From: Promethearchaeota archaeon
Lineage (GTDB): Archaea; Asgardarchaeota; Lokiarchaeia; Sigyniarchaeales; SOKP01
DNA: 64,000 nucleotides
Direction of reading: 5' to 3'
NCBI GenBank assembly: GCA_029838195.1
Contig: JALGVJ010000004.1
Span: forward strand, 96,001-160,000
Part shown: positions 29,867-39,848 of the stretch, piece after piece
How the letters are laid out: the number at the start of each line of letters is the position of its first letter
How positions within the stretch are numbered: the first letter of the stretch is position 1
The notes under the pieces: generated by a model
The model's database searches: none
Told to the model about the DNA's origin: nothing
The model's input: the letters and a program-made list of their open reading frames with translations, nothing else
Position numbers and translations under genes: made by a program

Positions 29867-30175
29867 TTATTCTTTTATAGATGCATGATTTAATCGCAGG
29901 TGTTCTCGCCCAATAATCAATAATTTCTTTTTATTTTGAAGTTTTACTTCTACCTCAAAACATCGTCCCCGTTTTCCTACAATGATTCCCGTTTTTCCAT
30001 GATATCTTCGATGTGGCAAGCCTCTTTTGTGTTGGGAAGGATCTGCTATGATATCCACGCGATCATTTATATTATAATCTACTAAATATTTTTCAACGCT
30101 TCCTAATCCTCTTTTTCTGGGTTTCTTTCGATATACTTTACGGGTTTTATTCCTATAGCCTTTATGAATGGTCAT
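29867..30175 (-). CDS. rpl21e: 50S ribosomal protein L21e
   Basis: KGYRNKTR, DPSQHKRGLPHRRYHGKTG, EHLR; start taken at ATG 30175. Confidence 0.96.
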   Translation of the reverse strand: MTIHKGYRNKTRKVYRKKPRKRGLGSVEKYLVDYNINDRVDIIADPSQHKRGLPHRRYHGKTGIIVGKRGRCFEVEVKLQNKKKLLIIGREHLRLNHASIKE

Positions 30176-30388
30176 GGTTATTTTCTCACGTATTTTACTT
30201 CTATTCAATGAATCGATTTAATTAAAAAGAAATTATATTTCTTTTAAGATAATAATGACTATTGAGTATTCTTATGAAGGATAGTTTATTTATTTTTTGA
30301 TTCTATGAACTTCATTAATAAAGATTTTGAGAACATTCTGCCATATTAAACATGATTGTTTTACAAGAAAAAAGTTTAAAATCATTTG

Positions 30389-31750
30389 TTAAGACTTTAT
30401 CTCAATAACATCTAATTCTTTGCATTTCAAGGATACTTTAAAAATCTCGTGAAAAGAGGGATGAGTCCTTCCTCCATCTCCATTTATTAGTTCTTTAATA
30501 TACGTTCCTCCTTGAGTTTCTATGATAAATTCGAAGGTCGTTGGATTCAAATATTTTCCCTTTATATTATGGATGCGTTTTATACGAACTTTATCCGCAC
30601 GGCGATGAGAAACTCGAAGAGGTGTTCTTTGTTTAATTTCCTTTCCTTCCAATGTTTCTTTAATCTTTTTCCTCAATTCTTCAAATTCTTCTTTTGATAT
30701 TTCTTTATCAATCTCTACAAGCGCTTTATAAACTTTAGCAGTATCTTTTTGTTTTTCCTTTATCTTTATGACCTCAGATTTGTCACTATACCTTAAATCT
30801 TTAATGATAATCTTACCTATATTCAATTCATTTGTCCTTTCTTGGATTTTTTTTAAGTCTAAATTTCGAATTCTTGGGTTTTTTAGTTCTAAAATAAAGG
30901 GTCTTCCTTCTCCTAACATTTTCACATCAATATCTTCTCTTCCGGCACCATGAAAAGAGGAATTAGTAGCCTTGGATTCCTTGATGAATAGAGGGCTAAT
31001 TAATTCTTCAACGCTCGTGGGATATCTTTTACCCAAATAATTGCACTCTTCACATCCCTGTCCTTCACAATTCAAGCAAATCCATTTGGTTTGGGGAATG
31101 CCTCGAATTAATTTTTGATATCTGCCATAAATGAACAATGACCTAATTTTTACCTCCACGTGAAAGGTTTCGGCATATAAATGATAAATGATTAAAATAT
31201 CTGCTCCATCAAATTTAGTTGGTACTTCTAATAATTTTGATAATTGTTTTCCTATTTCTCGATTGAAATGACTTTTAAATGCTTCTGCCTCCAAAATATT
31301 AAATTCTGATTTAAATTCATCTTCTCTATTTTCAATTTCAGAGTCCAAACTTGTTCCAACAAGAAAATTATTAAACTCTATCCCTTTTACAGCTTCTACT
31401 GCTTTTTCTATATATTTTTGTAGGTTAGAAAAAATATTATTACATAAATAACAATTCTCTTCTTGATCTTTTTTAAAATATGAAATTCCTTCCCGTTCTA
31501 ATACTTTTTGAGCAGGTAAAAAATGGGCATTTTCAGCCAGAATTTTTAAATTCTCAATAGCTTGAGACTTTTCTTGGTCGTTTCCTAATAAATATTTTCT
31601 ATGATTTTCCATGGTCAAGACCAATAAAATCGCACGACCTCGTTCATGATTTGTGGTATCCGATGCTAATAACGAAAACATCCGACCTAAACAATGACAA
31701 CAAATATATCTCGTCTTAAAAATTTTTAAAATGCGTTCAAACATGTTCAT
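30389..31750 (-). CDS. pus10: tRNA pseudouridine(54/55) synthase Pus10
   Basis: CCHCLGR, GIPQTKW, FHGAGREDIDVKMLGEGRPF, QRTPLRVSHRRAD, GGTYIKELI. Confidence 0.96.
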   Translation of the reverse strand: MNMFERILKIFKTRYICCHCLGRMFSLLASDTTNHERGRAILLVLTMENHRKYLLGNDQEKSQAIENLKILAENAHFLPAQKVLEREGISYFKKDQEENCYLCNNIFSNLQKYIEKAVEAVKGIEFNNFLVGTSLDSEIENREDEFKSEFNILEAEAFKSHFNREIGKQLSKLLEVPTKFDGADILIIYHLYAETFHVEVKIRSLFIYGRYQKLIRGIPQTKWICLNCEGQGCEECNYLGKRYPTSVEELISPLFIKESKATNSSFHGAGREDIDVKMLGEGRPFILELKNPRIRNLDLKKIQERTNELNIGKIIIKDLRYSDKSEVIKIKEKQKDTAKVYKALVEIDKEISKEEFEELRKKIKETLEGKEIKQRTPLRVSHRRADKVRIKRIHNIKGKYLNPTTFEFIIETQGGTYIKELINGDGGRTHPSFHEIFKVSLKCKELDVIEIKS

Positions 31751-31956
31751 GTATATGATTAATAATTAGATATTCCATATCTTATTATCTATTTTACTAA
31801 TTAAGTATCAAATCACGAAGAATTGAAAAACCTTTAAAAGAAAAATAGATTTTTTTATTTAATTTTAATAAATATACGCAATTACAATCGCAATTGAGTA
31901 TATAAGTTCATTCATATTTAATTTCCTTGATTAAAGTGTATAAAGGAACAAGTAAT

Positions 31957-32217
31957 ATGACGAAATTAAAAGGACACGTAAAATGGTTTGATCTCAAGAG
32001 AGGATTTGGATTTATATCCCCTCTTAATGAAGACGGAAGCGTATCTCTTGATAAGGATAATTCTAAAGATATATTCGTGCATTTTTCTAACATTCAAATG
32101 GATGGCTTTAAAAAATTAGATCAAGGAGATATTGTAGAGTTTGAAATCAGAGAATCTAAAGATAAAGGCCCCGAAGCAATTAACGTAAAATGTATTGCTA
32201 AAGATCGCAGATTTTAA
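31957..32217 (+). CDS. Cold-shock domain protein
   Basis: KGHVKWF, RGFGFI (RNP1), DIFVHFSNI (RNP2), [13 protein letters not shown]; ATG at 31957. Confidence 0.93.
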   Translation: MTKLKGHVKWFDLKRGFGFISPLNEDGSVSLDKDNSKDIFVHFSNIQMDGFKKLDQGDIVEFEIRESKDKGPEAINVKCIAKDRRF

Positions 32218-32593
32218 TCATTTACACTACGTTTTTGTTAAAATTTTAGAATTTAAGTTCTTTTTTTCCTACTTTTTTCTTTCATTTCTCACTCACACTT
32301 TTTTAGAAACATTAATAAAGATATTTTTACCTAAGAATAAGAGCCCTCCTAAATGAAATGGATGCTCTTTCAAAATTTAATCCATTAAATCATCATATTT
32401 CGGGGTTAAATTATATTTAATGGAATTATTAAATTCATTCCATTTACAAAAAATTTCGCTTAGAAATTCAATAGAAATACAAATCCATATTTTAATAGGA
32501 AGAAGGTTTCACGATCATTCTTATTAAGAATAAAATTTCATTAATCAATTAATAATAATTAAATTACTATAAAAATACATTTAATATATATAT

Positions 32594-33001
32594 ATGCACA
32601 AGAATGAAGTAGATTTATTGATAAATAGATCAAAAGCATTTCTGGATGCTGTTAAAGAAAGATTAAAAAAAAAGAATTTTGATCTTGCGTGTTTCATGGC
32701 CGAACAAGGTGCTCAACTTTTTTTAAAAGCAATTTTATTAGAGAGTTCCGGAGAATTTCCCAGAACGCATTCGATTAGGGAATTAATTACGATGATAGAA
32801 TTTTTAAAAAATCAAGAAATATCTATGGATAGAAATGCCCTTACCTTTTTAGAAAGTGCATATATTAATTCGCGTTATTAAAGCTTTTTATATTCAGAAA
32901 AAGATGCTAAAAATGCGATAAAAACAGCAGAAGAGGTGATAAAAATTGTGGAAGATATTAGAGCTCAAGAAAAAAAAGCTAGAAATGCTCAAGAATTTTA
33001 G
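32594..33001 (+). pseudogene. HEPN-domain protein interrupted by in-frame TAA (32879-32881)
   Basis: ACFMAEQGAQLFLKA...PRTHSIREL...AYINSRY*SFLYSEKDAKNAIKTAEEVIKIVEDI...: HEPN-like C-terminal helix continues in frame after the stop. Confidence 0.82.
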
Positions 33002-33287
33002 AATTTTCTTAAAAGTTATTAAGGAGAATGCCAAATCACTCCTTAAAGATTGTCGAGTTTATTTATTTGGAAGTGTTTTAGATGAGGAAAATGTAGGAGG
33101 AAGCGATATTGATGTTTTGATAGTGGCGAATGTCCCTAAAAAACATATGTTAAGAGCAGAATTAGTGGCAACAATTGAAGAAAAATCCGGTTTGCCCTTA
33201 TATCATCCTTTTGATTTACATCTCATCGATTTTGAAGAACTCGAAAAGTGGAAGGATATTCATAAATTAAAGTTAGAACCAATATAA
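32946..33287 (+). CDS. Minimal nucleotidyltransferase (MNT), partner of HEPN
   Basis: VYLFGS...SDIDVLIV...FDLHL; overlaps the HEPN 3' end; GAGGTGA SD upstream. Confidence 0.9.
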   Translation: MWKILELKKKKLEMLKNFRIFLKVIKENAKSLLKDCRVYLFGSVLDEENVGGSDIDVLIVANVPKKHMLRAELVATIEEKSGLPLYHPFDLHLIDFEELEKWKDIHKLKLEPI

Positions 33288-33414
33288 TCAAATAGTAAGA
33301 ATGCAATATCATTATTAATTAAAAAAGAAATACATGCATTTAAACTAAAAATAAATCTTATTTTTCAAGAGATGGGTTGTGGATAAATAATAATGGATAT
33401 CATCCATGGTCATT

Positions 33415-33730
33415 ATGAATGTAATTTTTAGTATTTTGTTTGTTCTCATTATTCTAACATCATTGCATTAAAAATTGCCTTTACATTTAAAAAGGCTAAT
33501 GATATAATTTTATTTTAGTAAGTTTAGCTTGGATTGGCCTTTCTAAACCTTGGTGGTTTTCTAGTATTAGCTTTATTTTTAAATTCTTAATCATATATTT
33601 TACCTTCACGGACCTTTCAGTATTAGCTACAAGAAGAAATCAAGTTGATTATGATCTTGGCTTGATATTAATCTCATATTTAATCGTAAATTTATTAATT
33701 TTCATTATCTTAGCTTTTTTCTCATAAAAT
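33415..33730 (+). pseudogene. Decayed remnant of a multi-pass membrane protein gene
   Basis: Hydrophobic fragments in shifting frames: MNVIFSILFVLII, IIALKIAF, ILVSLAWIGLSKPWWFSSISFI; multiple stops. Confidence 0.4.
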
Positions 33731-33919
33731 GAGAAAAAAGAAATCTCAAATAAATTAATTGCTTCTAAAAAATGTTATTACGGGCATTAAAAAATTAAAT
33801 ACTAAAAACAATTCTTCACATTAGCTTTTTTTCATCCAATCTATTCAAGATTTTAAGAGATAAATGAAGGAATATAATAGATAAAAGGAAAAAAATTTAT
33901 TTAATTAAATTTGGTTTTT

Positions 33920-35269
33920 TTACCTTTCCCACGCAAAATCGAGCGTGACATATTTTTTCGTGTAAAAATAAGAAATCAATAAGATCACCGAACAAATCGG
34001 CCCCCACACGACTAAGCCCAAGGAAAACGTGTTAGTTCCTACTGTAATTGCAGGTAAAGAGGTGATTAACCCTAATAAAAATACGCCTATTGCTTGGAAA
34101 ATGTTTAAAATGATGCTTGGATATCCCACGTAGATTCCTGCCTTTAGAGCACCGGTAGTTTTACTATCATCATCCGCTAAATCCGCATACATTATATAAG
34201 GGAACAAATACCAGCCTCCTAAAATCGCCGCTATGCCTAATATGAAAAAAATTCCTAATATCAAGGGAGAAATGCTCGACACGAGTCCTAATAGGGTAAT
34301 CGGAAGAAATATCACCGCAACAATGAATATGGTTAATAAGGTAGGCTTCTTTCCTCGTTTTTCAATGGATTTTCTCCAGATATACAAGAAAATAAAAATT
34401 CCTAAAAGCAAGCACACTGCTACAATTAAATATTCCATCGTACTCAACCCAAGCACCACTTCTGTGTACGTGAGCATGACAGTGGAGATTATGCTCCATC
34501 CAAAACCTGAGATTCCCTGCATTAGGACCACCAGATTGTAGTTCTTGTTTTTTAGGATGATTTTCAAGTTTCCTATTAGATCCGTGTCAATTGGAAAATG
34601 TGGTTCTGTCGGCAACACGAAGCAAATTAAAGAGAATAAAAGTATCGCAATTCCACCGAACAAAATCACGATGATTAAAAATTCTGAAGGGATCGTATTG
34701 ATGTCCGTTTGTAATTTATCAAACACGTTAGTAAATACGATTAAAGTGGTCAATGCCATGATTCCGTTCCCTATAAAGTTAAAAGTATTTTGAGCTTGGG
34801 AAACAACAGGTCTTTCATTAATTGGGAAGAGTTCGGCAAGCCAAGCTTGATAAGGCGTGGTAATGGCATAACTAGCTCTAAAAATGATGTCCCAAATTAA
34901 TAACCATTGGAATAATAACGATTTATTATTGAGATCAGGCAATACTAAGCCCGGTAATAGTAAGAATATGAAAGTTATGCCAAGCAAGGGTGCGAAAACG
35001 ATCAAGAACGGTTTTCTACGCCCCCATTTAGTATATTTTGCATCACTAACCCATCCCAGTAAGAATTGAGCCGCTGCAATACTTAAATATCCCATGGCTT
35101 GAGCAAAACCAACTAAAATAGGATTCAAGCCATAAGCAACGTAATAGAGAGTAAAGAGAGCAAATCCTTCGACGCCTAGGACGAGAGAACTTCCGAGCCG
35201 AGGGGAAGCGAAAAGGATTTTTTTCGAGAGTGGCGTTTCTTTCCTTTCCGGCAATTCATTTTCTGACAT
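33920..35269 (-). CDS. MFS transporter, GPH (MelB-like) family
   Basis: GWVSD..TKWGRRKPFL, PYQAWLAEL, ADLADDD..TG..KAGIY.G; about 12 TM segments. Confidence 0.9.
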   Translation of the reverse strand: MSENELPERKETPLSKKILFASPRLGSSLVLGVEGFALFTLYYVAYGLNPILVGFAQAMGYLSIAAAQFLLGWVSDAKYTKWGRRKPFLIVFAPLLGITFIFLLLPGLVLPDLNNKSLLFQWLLIWDIIFRASYAITTPYQAWLAELFPINERPVVSQAQNTFNFIGNGIMALTTLIVFTNVFDKLQTDINTIPSEFLIIVILFGGIAILLFSLICFVLPTEPHFPIDTDLIGNLKIILKNKNYNLVVLMQGISGFGWSIISTVMLTYTEVVLGLSTMEYLIVAVCLLLGIFIFLYIWRKSIEKRGKKPTLLTIFIVAVIFLPITLLGLVSSISPLILGIFFILGIAAILGGWYLFPYIMYADLADDDSKTTGALKAGIYVGYPSIILNIFQAIGVFLLGLITSLPAITVGTNTFSLGLVVWGPICSVILLISYFYTKKYVTLDFAWER

Positions 35270-35429
35270 TATTTTCCACCGTTGAATTATTTAAAAATAT
35301 TAAGTCAAAATAATTTATTATCAGATAATTTTAGCACGTGATATTATATAAAGTTGTGAGTTCTATCAATGATGGAATGATAAAATTAATACTTTATGAA
35401 ATTTGGTAGGGAAGAGGAAGGGAAAGAAT

Positions 35430-36371
35430 TTACTTTTCTTCTTCTTTTTCTTCTTCCCATCCAAGTTCTTTGAGGATGGAGTCTAAAGCTTCCGATTCTT
35501 CCTCTAAAATAAAATCGCTATCATATTCTTTGGCAATGAATTCTTCATCAAATTCAGGGGCTTTTAATTCCTCAAAGGATGGTAATTCTTGAGAAGAAGG
35601 GGGTTCAGGAGAGAGTCGTGATGGTTCAGGCTGCGATGGGGGAGGAGCAGAAGGCTCTTCTTCAATTTCAATAGGAGTATAATCATCTAAAGGAAGGGGA
35701 GGAATTTCATCCTCATATACCTTGAAAGAAACTTGTTCAGATGGTAGAGATGTTTTGGACCGGGGAAGCGATACAACATTATTGACAATTCCTACTTCTA
35801 ATTGTTCGAGTTCTACGCCTTCTTGTTCCCATTCATCCAAGAATCCTAATAATTCGTCGAGAGCTTGTTTATCTTGATCAACGGATGGAATGAACGTTTT
35901 TGGTTCTTTTTCTGGTTCTGGTTCAGGTTTTTTCGTTAATTTTTGACGTTCTTTTTCTTCTAAGGATAAAGCCATTTCAGTAAATTCTCCACCCGAGAGA
36001 AGAATATTAAGCTTTCTGGCGAGTTCTCTTAAATATCCCAAATAATATCCGACTCTATAAATTGCTTTTAATCCTCCGAATACCAAGTAATCATCATTAA
36101 CCGCAATTAATATAGAATAACCGGCACTATTATGGAGGATGATTTCTTTTAAATCTCCATGATTGGAGACAGTGGTTAATCTGAGTCCTAAATCGATTAG
36201 AGCTGAACTAGAAGCTGAAACTGCATCTGCATCGAGTTCTGCGGAATGCGCACTGGCTACTTTCATCCCCACCCGTGAAAGGACGATTAAATTTTCCAAA
36301 TCTGTTTTTTCTTCCTCTTCTTTTAGAAGATTCATCATTTTATAACGTATATCTTCCGCAATTTCTGACAT
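35430..36371 (-). CDS. Roadblock/LC7-domain protein with long acidic, proline-rich tail
   Basis: N-terminal LIVLSRVGMKVAS...DAVSASSSAL...GDLKEIILHNSAGYSILIAV pattern; about 180-aa E/P-rich tail. Confidence 0.8.
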   Translation of the reverse strand: MSEIAEDIRYKMMNLLKEEEEKTDLENLIVLSRVGMKVASAHSAELDADAVSASSSALIDLGLRLTTVSNHGDLKEIILHNSAGYSILIAVNDDYLVFGGLKAIYRVGYYLGYLRELARKLNILLSGGEFTEMALSLEEKERQKLTKKPEPEPEKEPKTFIPSVDQDKQALDELLGFLDEWEQEGVELEQLEVGIVNNVVSLPRSKTSLPSEQVSFKVYEDEIPPLPLDDYTPIEIEEEPSAPPPSQPEPSRLSPEPPSSQELPSFEELKAPEFDEEFIAKEYDSDFILEEESEALDSILKELGWEEEKEEEK

Positions 36372-36442
36372 TTTCTTCGTGAAAAATTTTTCTTTTACAC
36401 TATAGGTTTGTTAAAAGTTATCTTCCCTACTATTAACATGAT

Positions 36443-37237
36443 TCATAAGTTATTATATTTTTTCATGGGGGATAAAAATTTTATAAGATTCATTTGAGTT
36501 TTAGAAGGGAGAATTAATTCCTTAAAATTATATCCCGTTATTTCCGTTATGATTTTCTTGATTTCTTCAAGAACTTCTTTAGGAATAAGATGGTCGGTAT
36601 TAATTTCGTATATTTTTTTATCTCCTTGAGGTGAACGGAATTCTTGGCGATAAAGAGCCATGATGGTGAGCAAATAATTTTTTTCTTGCTCATTCCATGA
36701 TTTTCGAATGGTTTCTAATGATTCTCGATGGGTGATGCGGTTTAGAATGGTTTCCGGACTGGCTGTAAGATAGAGGATATAATCTTCCTTCCATTTTACC
36801 GAGTTATACATGTCAGAAATTAATTGATAATCCTTTTCTTTCAATTTCAAGCCCTTGGAATAAATTAAAACACAAGAAGGGCTTCTATCTAAAATGAGAA
36901 TTCGTCCTCTATAACGACTGGTAAAATTCATAATGCTTTGATTCCGTCGAATGAATTGCTGCAAGAAATGAATTTCACTTCGGAAGGCTATTTGCTTATT
37001 CTTCGAACCGAATGGAAATGGAGGATTTTGAACGTACCGTTCTCTATAAAACTTGAATTTCTTGTTGTTTTCGCCCACGTCTTTCCGAAGTAAGTTAAAT
37101 ATAGTGGTTTTTCCTACACCATGAGGTCCCGCTATGGAAATTACAATATTGCGTTTTGTACCCTTGTTTCTATATTCTTTTTTACCCACTCTAATTTTCC
37201 TCGTGTAGGTTGAAATATATCGTGTGAATAAGAACAA
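36443..37237 (-). CDS. Deoxynucleoside/thymidylate kinase-like P-loop kinase (start uncertain)
   Basis: ISIAGPHGVGKTT, ILDRS, ILYLTASPETILNRITHR lid; C-terminal QMNLIKFL. Confidence 0.8.
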   Translation of the reverse strand: MFLFTRYISTYTRKIRVGKKEYRNKGTKRNIVISIAGPHGVGKTTIFNLLRKDVGENNKKFKFYRERYVQNPPFPFGSKNKQIAFRSEIHFLQQFIRRNQSIMNFTSRYRGRILILDRSPSCVLIYSKGLKLKEKDYQLISDMYNSVKWKEDYILYLTASPETILNRITHRESLETIRKSWNEQEKNYLLTIMALYRQEFRSPQGDKKIYEINTDHLIPKEVLEEIKKIITEITGYNFKELILPSKTQMNLIKFLSPMKKYNNL

Positions 37238-37320
37238 TCGGAAATAATATAATTACTAGAGATAATTGGTTTTTCCTTTTATTAAAAATTTCATATTTGC
37301 GGGATAATCATCTCATGTAT

Positions 37321-38418
37321 TTATAACATTATCATTATAACGATAAGCAAGTTATAAAATACACTCGCTATAATGGTATTATACAAGTTATGATTAATCT
37401 CATAAAGGATTCCCAGGATGACGAAAACGAGAAAGTCTAGTAAGACAAAAAAAATCCCATAAGGCAAGGAAAGGATCATTTCAATCACGGAATAAATGAG
37501 AGCCACTAATAAAATCACAATTGTTTTCCCATAAAGATCATCTTCAAATTTAGCTTTAAACGAGTTATGTAGCACTCCTCGAAATAATAGTTCAGAAGAT
37601 ATCGACCCTAAAATGATTAAAAGTACTAATATAAGTTTCCACCCTATTTCCAAATTGCGAAGGATTAAATTTTGCTCTTCAAGTAAGATGGAAATATTCA
37701 TGGTGTCCCATCCTAACGTGCTCATAAAATCAATGATATAGCCTGAGAACAGGTTGATGAATAAAAGTAGAACACCCCCAACCAAACCAATTATTATTGC
37801 AAGCAAGAAATTTTTACGCCCTTTAAGAAGTCCTAATTTTATAAAATCGTGGTCACGTGAACGAATATATACTAATGGATAAATCCCATATAATAGCTCG
37901 GGTAATAACCCTATATAAATTAAATAAATTGCAGGAATAGTTGAGGCCAAATCAAATATGGTTATTTGAAAGGCAATCAAGAGATACATCAATACCCGCA
38001 AGGAAACACATATTTCAACAATTCTAGCGCCTTCTTTTAAATTCCAAACATCTTTTTTAATATAAAAGTTAATTTCTGGTTCTAATTTCTTTTCAGTAAA
38101 TATGAAACCAGGTTTTGGCTCAGGTGGAGCTTTCACGTGCTCTGGTAGTTTCGGTAATATTGCATCGCATATAGGACATTGCTCTAAAATTTTTGAATTT
38201 ATAATTGATCCACATCCAGGACATTTTCTTGAGATTTCACCTGCTTGGTTTGAAATAACATGAGAGTCCAAGGTAGACGTCCTTTCACTGGGTTTTACTT
38301 TTATCACTAATTTCCCGCAGTGCTTACAATAAGTTGCTGATGGATCCACTTGCTGTCCACAGTGAGGACAAAAATCTAAAGCGATTGTTTCTTCTTTTCC
38401 TTTCCCTTCCTTCGACAT
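37321..38418 (-). CDS. Double zinc-ribbon + CPBP (Abi/Rce1-like) intramembrane protease homolog with degenerate catalytic motifs
   Basis: CPHC..CKHC and CPGC..CPIC; SELLFRGVL at motif 1; LYEINHNLYNTIIASVFYN at motifs 3/4. Confidence 0.78.
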   Translation of the reverse strand: MSKEGKGKEETIALDFCPHCGQQVDPSATYCKHCGKLVIKVKPSERTSTLDSHVISNQAGEISRKCPGCGSIINSKILEQCPICDAILPKLPEHVKAPPEPKPGFIFTEKKLEPEINFYIKKDVWNLKEGARIVEICVSLRVLMYLLIAFQITIFDLASTIPAIYLIYIGLLPELLYGIYPLVYIRSRDHDFIKLGLLKGRKNFLLAIIIGLVGGVLLLFINLFSGYIIDFMSTLGWDTMNISILLEEQNLILRNLEIGWKLILVLLIILGSISSELLFRGVLHNSFKAKFEDDLYGKTIVILLVALIYSVIEMILSLPYGIFFVLLDFLVFVILGILYEINHNLYNTIIASVFYNLLIVIMIML

Positions 38419-38650
38419 TTTATAAAGAACGATAGGAATTTTAATTAGATTTTAAATAAAAGAATAATTTCTTATGTTTTCTATATAACCCAATATTATA
38501 ATAATTTATGTTTATCCATTTGAAGAGAAAATTTTCTCTTTGCTTGAAAGTACCTCTTATCATATTAATCTTTATTAGTTAAAATGAATTTAACTTATCT
38601 CGAGCTTGAGATCGTTAAATTTATTAGAATAAATTAATAAGTACAATCTC

Positions 38651-39764
38651 ATGGACAGAAAAGAACGAGTGAAACGAGCTTTTCATTTTAATCGACCAGA
38701 TAAGGTACCATTTATTGGATTAACGGTCGATTCTGATTTCTATCCCATTCAATTTTGTGAACCCATTACATGGCAACCCACGAATTATCCGCCTCATGTA
38801 AATGGAGGAGCTCAAAATTTTGCTAATCCTTCATTTCGAAGAGATGTGTATGACTGGAAACCCGAAATTAGAGAGTCTTTAGGATATCCTCCTAATTGGT
38901 GGGAATATCCCCATGAAAGTATTGATGAATTCGGTGTAATTTGGCGAACTTCCGGCACCAAAAGTGAAGATAAAACCATGGGACATCCCATTAAGGGTTC
39001 TTTACAAGGAGCTTCTCCCGAGGAAGGTTGGGAAAATCTTGATAATTTAAACCTACCGGATCCTCATAATTCTCTCCGATATAAGCTGATTATCGCGGGT
39101 CGGTGGAGAAAGATCGCAGAAGATCGTTATTTGATAGGGGATTTAGGTTCGGGGGGAATTTTTAATCGCTGCTCCACGATTAGAGGTTTTAACAATTTTT
39201 TAGTCGATTTAAGTCGTAATAATCACCCGAATCAAGTCAATCAACTGATTCGAATGATCACGGAATACAATTTAGGACTAATTGAAAACATGAAAAAATA
39301 TTGTCCCCCGTTAGACTCCATCATGATAAGTGATGATTTGGGGTCACAAAAATCGGCGTTTTTAAGTCCCATGATTTTTAGGAAATTTTTTAAAAAATAT
39401 TATGGTCAATTAGTATCCCTCACTCATGATTTAAACATGGATTTTATAATGCACTCGTGCGGAAATGTGTTAGCGCTTCTTCCAGAACTTCAAGATATTG
39501 GTGTTGACGTAATGGAGTTTGATAGTCCTCATATGACGGGGGTTGAAAATTTTAAGATTTTTGCAGAGAAAAGAAAAATGGCATTCTGGTTGAGCTCTAA
39601 TATTCAAACAACCTTTGTTCATGGTACTCCTCAAGATGTAGAAAATGAAATATACTAATTTTACCGCAATTAATGCCCCTCGGAAAAATGTTCGCGCTCA
39701 AAGAAAAGCGGTTCAAAAATGGGGAAAATATAATGAACATGGCGTTATTGAATGGTTAGCTTGA
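38651..39764 (+). pseudogene. Uroporphyrinogen decarboxylase (MtaA/CmuA-like) family protein, frameshifted near the C-terminus
   Basis: ERVKRAFHFNRPDKVP, DEFGVIW, SDDLGSQ, MHSCGNV, GTPQDVENEI then TAA at 39658; another frame continues TNFTAINAPRKNVRAQRKAVQKWGKY...* to 39764. Confidence 0.72.
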
Positions 39765-39848
39765 TCATGGAACACGTCTCTTGAAAATGATAATAAATGA
39801 AGTTGTTCTTGTTGAGAAGATTAATGATTTGTTAATATCGATTTCTTT

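Noticed and set aside
32381-32424. Inverted repeat TCCATTAAAT...ATTTAATGGA upstream of HEPN as a MITE or operator
   Set aside because: AT-rich 10-bp arms with a long spacer, no target-site duplication and no second copy seen
32879-32881. Selenocysteine or pyrrolysine recoding at premature stops (HEPN here; also the UroD-family gene at 39656-39658)
   Set aside because: Both stops are TAA, not TGA or TAG, and neither falls at a Cys-equivalent catalytic position
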